Positions 8,903 to 16,815 of a stretch of DNA of 30,834 nt are shown piece by piece. The position numbers and the translations under genes are program-made. This DNA is from Eubacteriales bacterium (GTDB taxonomy: Bacteria; Bacillota; Clostridia; Oscillospirales; CAG-272): NCBI GenBank assembly GCA_045533995.1, contig JAZSIV010000033.1, positions 1 through 30,834 on the forward strand, in the 5' to 3' direction. The notes beneath the pieces are model-generated. The model did no database searches and had not been told where the DNA came from. It was given only the letters and a program-made list of their open reading frames with translations. Each line of letters opens with the position of its first letter. The stretch's first letter is position 1.

Positions 8903-9586
8903 TTAACCTCTCTCAAGGGACTTGACCTCTATCCCTTTATCACACGTAAATTCTATTTTTTCACCTTTGGGAGCACAAACAGTCATTATATATCTTTCCT
9001 CGCCAAAGGACAGCAAAAAGCTCTTGAGCATTATTTCTTTCATAGTTTTATCCAAAGTCGTGTCGAGCAAGGGCAATTCTTTTGAAAGCCCACCCCCAAG
9101 ATACTTTGATAAAGCTTCTTTTGAAGTCCATATTTTATAAAAATTCATTAAAAACTTCTCTTCGCCGAGAAGTTTTTTTTCGTTTTCAGAGAAAAAGCGG
9201 TCTGCTATCTTTCGAACGCGCTTCGCATCGTCACAAAAACGGTTGGGATATAGCCTTTCGATATCAACTCCTATTTTTTTGCCTTCGCCATCAATAATAG
9301 CCGATACAGACAAACTTGCGCTGTGCGAAAAATTGAAATCCACACCACACATATTACAAAAATAGGGTCTTCCGTCCTCGTTTCTTAAAATTGTAAGGTC
9401 GGCAAAGCTTGGCAAAAGCATATCTGCGAGCTTTTTTAATGCCAAAAGTGCCGCATAGCTTTCCTTTTTATGATCATAATTCTTTATATTTTCGAGTCGG
9501 CATATCTCATTTTCGCCAAAGCACGAGATAGACGATGTCTCTACCGCAATATTCGAATTGTCGGTTATATAGACGAAAATGCTCAT
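8903..9586 (-). CDS. 4'-phosphopantetheinyl transferase (Sfp-like)
   Basis: Contains NEDGRPY, FNFSHS, IGVDIE and FYKIWTSKEALSK. Start moved to ATG 9586, after AAGGGGGAG. Confidence 0.85.
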   Translation of the reverse strand: MSIFVYITDNSNIAVETSSISCFGENEICRLENIKNYDHKKESYAALLALKKLADMLLPSFADLTILRNEDGRPYFCNMCGVDFNFSHSASLSVSAIIDGEGKKIGVDIERLYPNRFCDDAKRVRKIADRFFSENEKKLLGEEKFLMNFYKIWTSKEALSKYLGGGLSKELPLLDTTLDKTMKEIMLKSFLLSFGEERYIMTVCAPKGEKIEFTCDKGIEVKSLERG

Positions 9587-9617
9587 ATACTCCCCCTTAA
9601 AAAATTCATATAAAGTT

Positions 9618-9646
9618 ATTGTACACCAAAAAGCCGCCTTTTTCAA
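9618..9646 (-). promoter_or_regulatory. sigma-A promoter of the PPTase-PHP genes
   Basis: Minus strand TTGAAA (9646-9641), 17 bp spacer, TACAAT (9623-9618). Confidence 0.65.
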
Positions 9647-9760
9647 TAAATTTTAATATTTTTTTATTTTCTGACACAAGCTGCGACTCATTGAGACGGT
9701 TTGACACTCTTTTCTGCCTTATACTTACGGTGCACAGACAAAAAGGAGGTGGGAATATGA

Positions 9761-10186
9761 ATGTCAGATAAAGGTACGTCCGAGCTTGTTGAGGATGCCT
9801 GCATAAGAGGTGTGCTTGACAAGCTTGCCGATGAATACATCATTTTTTGTTATACGTTGGAAAAGGATGAAAAGGAGAACGAATGTGACAAGAAGAAATC
9901 AAAGGAGAAAGGCAGGCGGTTTCCGAATATTGCAGGATTTTGCCGATACTGCGGTATTGGGCAGGAGCAATATGAACGGCTGTCAAAAAAATACGTATCC
10001 GAATTTGAAAAGCTTCGGTCTATCTTTGAGGACGAGGCGCTCAATTCGGAAATTTCTCCGTCGATACTTTCGGCATATCTTAAGAGACGGCTCGGGTACG
10101 GCGACTCCTCCAATGAAAAAACAGAGGTCGACACAGGACAGCTCAAGCTTATTTTTGAGCACGACATTCTTCTTGACGGAGAATAA
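9761..10186 (+). CDS. Putative terminase small subunit
   Basis: 141 aa, directly upstream of TerL. FPNIAGFCRYCGI looks like an HTH segment. FEDEALN and AYLKRRLGYGD...TEV resemble the P22 gp3-type TerS pattern. RBS AAGGAGGT at 9743-9750. Confidence 0.65.
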   Translation: MSDKGTSELVEDACIRGVLDKLADEYIIFCYTLEKDEKENECDKKKSKEKGRRFPNIAGFCRYCGIGQEQYERLSKKYVSEFEKLRSIFEDEALNSEISPSILSAYLKRRLGYGDSSNEKTEVDTGQLKLIFEHDILLDGE

Positions 10187-10191
10187 AGGCT

Positions 10192-11526
10192 ATGCCCGAG
10201 CAAAATATTCTCCCGCGTGAGATACATATAAGCGGTACTCCGAATGAAAGGCAAAAAAGCTTTTTTGCATCGAGAACGCGCTATACCGCATACGGCGGCG
10301 CGCGAGGCGGAGGCAAGTCGTGGGCTCTGCGGCGCAAGCTTTGCGCAATGTGTCTGCGATATGCAGGGATAAGATGTCTTATCGTCCGCCGAAGTCTTCC
10401 GGAGCTAAAAAACAACCACGTTATCCCATTTCTGCGCGAATACGGCTCTTTCGTCAGCTACAAGGAAGCTGACAACTGCCTGATCTTCCCCAATTCAAGC
10501 AGAATATTTATGGGATACTGTGCATCCGACCGAGACGTTCTTCGTTATCAAGGTCAGGAATACGACGTTATCGCCATCGACGAGGCAACGCAGCTGAGCG
10601 AATACAGATTTTCAATTTTCAAGGCCTGTCTGCGAGGCGTGGGAAAAATTCCCCGTCGTATGTACCTTACCTGTAATCCCGGGGGCATTGGACACGCTTG
10701 GGTCAAACGGCTTTTTGTTGACCGCGATTTTCGCGCGAACGAAGACCCAAATGACTATAGCTTTATCCCTGCTCTCGTGTATGATAACAAGATTTTAAGC
10801 GAAGCGGATCCCGATTACATAAGATCTCTTGAATCTCTTCCCGAAAGACTGCGTGACGCTTGGCTCTATGGAAGATGGGACGTCTTTGAAGGACAGTTCT
10901 TTCCCGAATTCGATACCGCAGTTCATGTTTGCGGCCCTTCTGCTATTCCAAACAAGCTCAGATATTTTGCTGCATTTGATTACGGTTTCGATATGCTTGC
11001 CGCGCTTTTGCTTGGGATAGATACAGAGGGAATCATCTACGTACTTGACGAACACTGTAAATCGGGACTGACTCTTTCCGAGGCTGCCGAGCGCGTAAGC
11101 GGTCTATGCCGCGGATATCCCGTCGAATATGCCGTTGCCTCTCCCGACCTTTGGAACAGAAGACAGGACAGCGGGAAAAGCGGATTTGAAATAATGCAGG
11201 CTATCTGCGGTATGCCGCCAATGATATGCGCTGATGACCGCAGAATACCCGGTTGGCGCATTTTGCGCGAATATCTCTCATGCAAAAGCTCTTCCCCTAA
11301 GCTAAAGATATCGTCAAAATGCCACGATCTTATCCACTCGCTCCCCGCCCTGCTTTGTGACCCGAACCGTCCCGAAGATGCTTCAAGCGAGCCGCACTCG
11401 ATAACTCACTCTCCCGAAGCGCTACGATATGCTCTGATGAGCAGGATATCTGCACCTAAGGATAACGACGAGACAGGCTTTATTTTTCCCTCAAAGCACT
11501 CTTCGGGGAAAATAGGTTATAACTAA
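10192..11526 (+). CDS. Terminase large subunit
   Basis: 444 aa. Q-motif NERQ, Walker A YGGARGGGKS, Walker B VIAIDEA, coupling motif TCNPGG, and RNase H-like nuclease motifs AFDYG, SPDLW and HSPEALRY. Confidence 0.95.
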   Translation: MPEQNILPREIHISGTPNERQKSFFASRTRYTAYGGARGGGKSWALRRKLCAMCLRYAGIRCLIVRRSLPELKNNHVIPFLREYGSFVSYKEADNCLIFPNSSRIFMGYCASDRDVLRYQGQEYDVIAIDEATQLSEYRFSIFKACLRGVGKIPRRMYLTCNPGGIGHAWVKRLFVDRDFRANEDPNDYSFIPALVYDNKILSEADPDYIRSLESLPERLRDAWLYGRWDVFEGQFFPEFDTAVHVCGPSAIPNKLRYFAAFDYGFDMLAALLLGIDTEGIIYVLDEHCKSGLTLSEAAERVSGLCRGYPVEYAVASPDLWNRRQDSGKSGFEIMQAICGMPPMICADDRRIPGWRILREYLSCKSSSPKLKISSKCHDLIHSLPALLCDPNRPEDASSEPHSITHSPEALRYALMSRISAPKDNDETGFIFPSKHSSGKIGYN

Positions 11527-11621
11527 AACGTTTTTTGTCTGTGCATATAAATTGAATTCTTAAGCAATTCAAATTTTTTCAGAAGCCTATGCCGCAAGGC
11601 AAGGCTTCGGAATGGAGATCT

Positions 11622-13364
11622 ATGTCAGTTTTCAAACAAAAAAATGCCATTGCCTCTGCCAAAATAAAGGGCTTTGAGGGAATTGATGCGACTACGTCGC
11701 TTGAAAAAACGTCGTCAGCATACGATATGACGAACTTCAGGATCCTTCCCGACGGAACTCTTGAAAAACGGTGCGGATTTGCACCTATCGCCAAATGCTC
11801 ATCTAAAGTAAGGGCTATCTGGTCTGGCGAGCTTGACAAGGAGCAGCATACCTTCATTTTATCCGAAAGCACCGTATTTTCTCTTGACTCAAACAAAAGC
11901 TCACCCGCAAATATAGGATACGTCGACACCCGCGAGGGTGATGCAAGCTTCATCTTTTTTGATGCGAAGCTATATCTTATGGACGGAAGCGGAATATATA
12001 GGGTAAGTCCAAATGCGGTAAGCTCCGTCGAGGGCTATGCACCTCTTTGCGGAAAGGATTGGCCCAATGCAACCGTTGGAGAAGACTACGAGCCTCTGAA
12101 TTACACCACAAGACATATAAGAATGACCTACAACGTGATGGAGCCCTTGATATATCTCTGTGTTAAATACGTGATCTCTTCAATAGATGCCGTTTACGTG
12201 AACGGAAAGCTTTTGACGGATACGTCAAGCTACTATTTTGATCTTGAGCTTATGAGCGTCTGTGTCCTTGGCCTGAACGTCGGTGACCGTGTTGAGCTTT
12301 TTCTTACAGTAGACAGCTCGGAGATCGACTGTTCAAAACTCTTCTCATGCAAACACTCTGTTGTGTACGGCGGACTGACCGACAGCAGACTGTTCCTATG
12401 GGGTGGAGTCCGGAACAATCTTATGTTCGGTTCGCACAGCATAGACGAAGAATCGCTCCTCGAATCAAAAAAGGTATACACAAACACAGCAGATCTTTAT
12501 ATCCCCGTGGATGCCGCATTTACAGTCGGACGCGAGGGCAGAAGAATAACTGCGGTCAGCCGTCATTATGACAGATTGCTCATTTTTACCGACGGTGACA
12601 CCTGGATGTCATCAAGCCCCGCGGGCGACGGAGAGCCGCTTGAAGCTATCACCATAAACTCGTCGCACGGCTGCACCTCTGACGGCGCTGCAATAATGTG
12701 CGGAAACGATCCTATCTGTGTAGGAGACGGAGAAATACTTCGTTGGAGCACAGACACCGACGAGCTTAACGAGTGTAATGCGAAATGCATATCACAAAAG
12801 ATAAACAGCCGACTTGACAGATCGTTTTTCGATAACGCGATAATGTTCTTAAACAAGCCTACCTCAGAGCTTTTCTTTTCCGACCCAAACGATGAAAGCG
12901 ACACGGTCTGGGTCTACAATCTTGATACAGATAACTGGTACAGATTCAGTGGGATAAGAGCAGATTATTTCTTCTCATCAAACGGCAAGATGGGCTTTGT
13001 TTCCTATGATACGGTATATCTTTTTGACGATTCTCTTTACAAGGACACCTACAGTGACGGAAAGGAATCGGAAATCGTTGCGGAGTTTGTGACCCACCCG
13101 ACAGACCTTTTCATAAACGGCAACAAGAAAAGGCTTTATGGTATGCTGCTCGAAGCAGATCTTGACGGCGGCGAGGTGAACGTCAAATGTATGTCGGACG
13201 GCAAAGCTATAAGTGAAATTTCCTTTGAGAGCGAAAAGCATTTCCCAATAAGCATTCAGAAACGTATAAACTCACACAGATTTTGCTACACCTCTCTTCG
13301 TATTTCTGCAGGCGGAGACGCTCGGCAAAAGATATACGGTACGGCGATCTGGGCAAAGGCATAA
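11622..13364 (+). CDS. Putative packaged-DNA stabilisation / tail nozzle protein (P22 gp10 / T7 gp12-like beta-propeller)
   Basis: About 580 aa. The N-terminal GFEGID...MTNFRILPDGTLEKRCGF pattern and beta-rich repeats (RLFLWGG, ITAVSRHYDRLLIFT, INSSHGC, VWVYN...WYRF) fit this family by eye. GGAG precedes ATG 11622. Confidence 0.6.
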   Translation: MSVFKQKNAIASAKIKGFEGIDATTSLEKTSSAYDMTNFRILPDGTLEKRCGFAPIAKCSSKVRAIWSGELDKEQHTFILSESTVFSLDSNKSSPANIGYVDTREGDASFIFFDAKLYLMDGSGIYRVSPNAVSSVEGYAPLCGKDWPNATVGEDYEPLNYTTRHIRMTYNVMEPLIYLCVKYVISSIDAVYVNGKLLTDTSSYYFDLELMSVCVLGLNVGDRVELFLTVDSSEIDCSKLFSCKHSVVYGGLTDSRLFLWGGVRNNLMFGSHSIDEESLLESKKVYTNTADLYIPVDAAFTVGREGRRITAVSRHYDRLLIFTDGDTWMSSSPAGDGEPLEAITINSSHGCTSDGAAIMCGNDPICVGDGEILRWSTDTDELNECNAKCISQKINSRLDRSFFDNAIMFLNKPTSELFFSDPNDESDTVWVYNLDTDNWYRFSGIRADYFFSSNGKMGFVSYDTVYLFDDSLYKDTYSDGKESEIVAEFVTHPTDLFINGNKKRLYGMLLEADLDGGEVNVKCMSDGKAISEISFESEKHFPISIQKRINSHRFCYTSLRISAGGDARQKIYGTAIWAKA

Positions 13365-13388
13365 TAAAAAAGAAAGGTAATTAACAAA

Positions 13389-14945
13389 ATGAAGATCAAA
13401 TCAAAGGCTTGGGAGCAGTATGAAGCAGGCAAAGAGTACAAGCGAAGGATCGGTCTTTACGAGACTGTACGTCAAAACGAAAGGTTCTTCAGAGGTGACC
13501 AGTGGTATGCCACGCACACCGAGGATCTGCCAAAGCCGGTTTTCAACATAATCAGAAGAATAACCGATTATCTGGTATGCAGTGTCGCATCGTCTGACAT
13601 TTCTATCCGATACACGGCGGAAAATATGCCATTCCTTGAAAGAAAGGCAGATGCAGAGCTACTTAAATCCTGCCTTGACGGTATGAATAAAAACGTTGCC
13701 TACCGTTGGGAAAAGGACCGTATGAACAATAAGATATACTCTGTTCTCTATGATGCCGCCGTAAGCGGAGACGGAGTTCTCTATTGCTATTGGGATCAGA
13801 ACGTTAAAAACGCTCAGGATTTCACGGGCGACATTACGACAGAGGTTATCGACAACGTAAACCTCTTTCTTTCCGACGTTAACTGTCCCGACATCCAGTC
13901 GCAGGATTACATAATCCTTGCCGGGAGAAAAAGCGTGATTTCATTACGCGAAGAAGCGAGAAGACACGGAGCGAGTGAGGAAGATATAAGAAATATCGTT
14001 TCGGACAAGGTCGAGGGCTCTCAATCGGGAAATCTCTCCGAATACGAGCTTGAATGTGACGAGAGCGAGAAAGCGACCTATATTATAAAATTCTGGCGAG
14101 AGGACGGATACGTTGTCTTTGAAAAATCAACGCGCTCTGCCGTGATCTGTCGGGTTAAGACTGCTTGCAAGCTGTATCCTGTTGCATATTTCAACTGGTA
14201 TACGACGAAAAACAGCTTTCACGGAACCTCTCCCATAACATCCCTTATTTCCAACCAGAAATATCTCAATCGCGCCTATGCTATGGTTATGAAGCATATG
14301 ACCGATACGGCATTTTCAAAGGTTGTTTACGATAAATCAAGAATTCCCGAATGGTCGAACGGTGTCGGTGAGGCAATAGCCGCAGTTGGCGGCGGAAGTA
14401 TTTCCGACGCGGTTTCGGTAGTTGGAGTTGGCAAGATGCAGGATCATTATCTCGACCTCATCGAAAATACTCTTAATACCACAAAGGACCTTATGGGAGC
14501 GACCGAATCAGCCCTCGGAGATGAGCAGGCGCTTAATACAAGTGCGATACTTGCCCTTCAGGAAACGTCGCGCATTCCTCTTCATCAGGTGCGCTCGTCA
14601 TTACATACCTGTCTTGAGGATCTTGCGGATATTTGGGCAGATATGATGTGCGCATACTATCCACGCGAGAGAATGTTGCTTTGCGAAAAAGACGGTGTAA
14701 CAGAAGCATATTCGGTGGATTTCTCCTTGCTTAGAGCATCCCTGCTCCGTGCAAGAGTAGATATACTTGAGGTCAGCCGTTACAGCGCGGCAGGAGCGCA
14801 GAATATGCTTGACAAGCTGCTTGACGGCGGATATATAACTCCCGCCGAATACGTAAGACGACTTCCCGCAGGTCTTGTTCTGAACCGTCAGGAGCTTATA
14901 GACCTTCTCGAGCAAAAAGAAAAAGGAGAAAAGACAAATGAATGA
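13389..14945 (+). CDS. Portal protein (P22-like)
   Basis: 518 aa, largely helical. Contains NERFFRGDQW, PVFNIIRRI, DAAVSGDGVLYCYWD and ISNQKYLNR. Size and position also fit a portal. Confidence 0.85.
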   Translation: MKIKSKAWEQYEAGKEYKRRIGLYETVRQNERFFRGDQWYATHTEDLPKPVFNIIRRITDYLVCSVASSDISIRYTAENMPFLERKADAELLKSCLDGMNKNVAYRWEKDRMNNKIYSVLYDAAVSGDGVLYCYWDQNVKNAQDFTGDITTEVIDNVNLFLSDVNCPDIQSQDYIILAGRKSVISLREEARRHGASEEDIRNIVSDKVEGSQSGNLSEYELECDESEKATYIIKFWREDGYVVFEKSTRSAVICRVKTACKLYPVAYFNWYTTKNSFHGTSPITSLISNQKYLNRAYAMVMKHMTDTAFSKVVYDKSRIPEWSNGVGEAIAAVGGGSISDAVSVVGVGKMQDHYLDLIENTLNTTKDLMGATESALGDEQALNTSAILALQETSRIPLHQVRSSLHTCLEDLADIWADMMCAYYPRERMLLCEKDGVTEAYSVDFSLLRASLLRARVDILEVSRYSAAGAQNMLDKLLDGGYITPAEYVRRLPAGLVLNRQELIDLLEQKEKGEKTNE

Positions 14946-15513
14946 TGAGATAATGATCAACGAGGAAAAAATACTCCCTGTCGGAGAACCTCAAGAAGAG
15001 CTTACCGACGCTGATGAAGTCATAACGGAATATGATCTCGACGAAGAGGAAAAAGAGCTCCCCTTGACTGTTCCCGAAGAAAAGTCGACTTCAAAAGAGA
15101 CAGAGAACGTGAGAGACGAGGAAACGGTAGAATCACTCAAAAAGGAGCTTGAGGATATGCGCCGTGAGCTTGATGAAAAGAGATCGGCTTTCGAGCGAAT
15201 GAGCCGTGAGCTTGGTGAATTCTCCGCGCTTTTTCCAAATCAAAATCCCTCAAATATTCCCGATTCGGTCTGGGAGAGCGTTCGCGCCGGTATTCCCTTG
15301 GCAGCCGCATACGCCTTGTACGAAAAGAAGGCTCTCTCCCGCCTTGAGGCAGCGGCAAAAATCAATCAAAAAAACGGTGCTGCAAGCACCGGTGCACTCG
15401 GACGCGAAATAACAGAAAGCTTTTTTACACCCGATGAGGTAAGAGCAATGTCACGCGACGAAGTAAGAACAAATTATAAAAAAATTTTAGATTCCATGAA
15501 AAAATGGAACTGA
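14938..15513 (+). CDS. Putative capsid scaffolding protein
   Basis: 191 aa. Acidic low-complexity N-terminus, a coiled coil, and a C-terminal helical pair (FTPDEVRAMSRDEVRTNYKKILDSMKKW). Lies between portal and capsid and overlaps the portal stop (ATGAATGA). Confidence 0.7.
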   Translation: MNDEIMINEEKILPVGEPQEELTDADEVITEYDLDEEEKELPLTVPEEKSTSKETENVRDEETVESLKKELEDMRRELDEKRSAFERMSRELGEFSALFPNQNPSNIPDSVWESVRAGIPLAAAYALYEKKALSRLEAAAKINQKNGAASTGALGREITESFFTPDEVRAMSRDEVRTNYKKILDSMKKWN

Positions 15514-15534
15514 TAAAACGAAAGGATCTATACT

Positions 15535-16365
15535 ATGGCTATTACAAATTTTATTCCTACAATATGGAGCGAAAATCTTTATACAGAGCTTGACAAGCAG
15601 TATATTGCCGTTACAAACTGCAATCGTGATTTTGAGGGCGATATCAAAAACAAAGGTGCCGTTGTAAAGATATGCGGTGTTGGTGCCGTTGACGTAAACG
15701 ACTACACCAAAAACACTGATATGTCAATGGCTCAGGCACTCTCCGACACAGTTAAGGAGCTCGCCATCGATCAGGCTAAATACTTCAACTTCCAGATCGA
15801 CGATATCGACAGAGCGCAGTGCTCACCCAAGCTTATGAATGCCGCTATGAAGATCGCCGCAAGCTCGCTCGCAAACGAAGCGGATAAATATATCTACTCT
15901 CTCTACTCCGAGGCAGGAAACACAATTTCAAGCGCCGCGGCATCGATTGAGAATATCGTTGACCTTATAATCGATGCGAGAACAAAGCTCTACGCCAACA
16001 ACGTTACCGACGCGCACGAGGTAGTTATCGAGGTCTCTCCCGAGGTAGCGGCACTTATCCTCAAGGCAAAGGTAAATCTTGCAACAGACAACACCTCTGC
16101 TCTTGAGGCAGGCTGTCTTGGCAGCATCGGCGGCTGCAAGCTCTTCGTTTCAAGCAACATTGCAACCGAGGACGTTTCCGACAAAAAGCATCACAAGTGT
16201 CTTGTAAGAACAAAGCGCGCTATCGCGTTTGCGGAGCAGCTTTCTGAAATTGAGGCATACCGCCCCGAAAAGAGATTCTCCGATGCTGTAAAGGGTCTTC
16301 ACCTCTACGGCGCAAAGGTCGTTTATCCCACAGAAATGGTACTTCTCGACCTTGTTATCGCATAA
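15535..16365 (+). CDS. Major capsid protein (HK97 fold, P22/N4-gp56-like)
   Basis: 276 aa. Contains MAITNFIPTIWS, FEGDIKNKGAVVKI, IDQAKYFNFQIDDID and FSDAVKGLHLYGAKV. Confidence 0.88.
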   Translation: MAITNFIPTIWSENLYTELDKQYIAVTNCNRDFEGDIKNKGAVVKICGVGAVDVNDYTKNTDMSMAQALSDTVKELAIDQAKYFNFQIDDIDRAQCSPKLMNAAMKIAASSLANEADKYIYSLYSEAGNTISSAAASIENIVDLIIDARTKLYANNVTDAHEVVIEVSPEVAALILKAKVNLATDNTSALEAGCLGSIGGCKLFVSSNIATEDVSDKKHHKCLVRTKRAIAFAEQLSEIEAYRPEKRFSDAVKGLHLYGAKVVYPTEMVLLDLVIA

Positions 16366-16375
16366 GGAGTGAGAA

Positions 16376-16765
16376 ATGACAAACAAAGACATCTACGTCC
16401 GCGCTATGTATCAGCTTGGCGAGGTGGCTGACAGCGAGGAAAATGACGATTACGAGGAAAGGGCCCCCTATCTGCTTGCCGCATTCTGCACAGAGGTAGC
16501 TCCGATAGTGGAAGCATATTATGAAGCAAAGGGTCTTGACACCCCCGCCGAACCCGACTGTGTCCGCCTTCCCCTTGAATTTGATTTTCCCTATGACGAA
16601 AAGTTTGTCAGCCCCGCGGCGATGTATCTTGCCGCAATGCTTATAATTGACGAGAATACCGAGCTTTCCGACAAGCTCTTTGACAAATATTGCGACCTTA
16701 TGGCAAGTATACAGTCAAAAATTCCGTCAAAAATAGAAAAGATCGCACAAAAGTACGATTTTTAA
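16376..16765 (+). CDS. Putative head-tail adaptor (T7 gp11 / P22 gp4-like)
   Basis: 129 aa, helical. MTNKDIYVRAMYQLGE resembles adaptor N-termini. Lies directly after the capsid gene with RBS AAGGAG. Confidence 0.55.
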   Translation: MTNKDIYVRAMYQLGEVADSEENDDYEERAPYLLAAFCTEVAPIVEAYYEAKGLDTPAEPDCVRLPLEFDFPYDEKFVSPAAMYLAAMLIIDENTELSDKLFDKYCDLMASIQSKIPSKIEKIAQKYDF

Positions 16766-16773
16766 CCTAATAT

Positions 16774-16810
16774 AAAAAGGGCTGTCGCCTTGGCGACAGC
16801 CCACTTTCTT
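16774..16810. terminator. Bidirectional terminator shared by the phage module and icd
   Basis: AAAAA-GGGCTGTCGCC-tt-GGCGACAGCCC-ACTTTCTT. Confidence 0.85.
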
Positions 16811-16815
16811 TTATA

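Larger units (their letters stand above)
9761..16765 (+). mobile_element. Seven-gene phage-derived DNA-packaging/head module (podovirus-like), apparently non-mobile; candidate gene transfer agent
   Basis: Seven co-oriented, apparently intact ORFs: TerS, TerL, nozzle-like protein, portal, scaffold, capsid, adaptor. No integrase, replication, lysis or tail-fibre gene is visible. Flanked by host metabolic genes. Confidence 0.85.

Noticed and set aside
8903-9586. PPTase as a marker of an NRPS/PKS cluster
   Set aside because: No synthetase, ACP or tailoring genes are in the window.
15505-15537. Scaffold-capsid read-through fusion (the two genes are in the same frame)
   Set aside because: Two tandem stop codons (TGA TAA, 15511-15516) and a separate RBS (GAAAGGA) before ATG 15535 argue against it.
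15535-16365. Encapsulin nanocompartment
   Set aside because: The shell gene sits with terminase, portal and scaffold genes, which indicates DNA packaging. No cargo enzyme gene is adjacent.
9761-16765. Complete inducible prophage
   Set aside because: No integrase, repressor, replication, lysis or tail genes and no att repeats were seen, and both flanks are host genes. A decayed remnant cannot be fully excluded without comparative data.
9761-16765. Capsid-forming phage satellite (cf-PICI)
   Set aside because: cf-PICIs carry an integrase, regulators and primase/replication genes, and have HK97-type heads with a protease. None of these is here.
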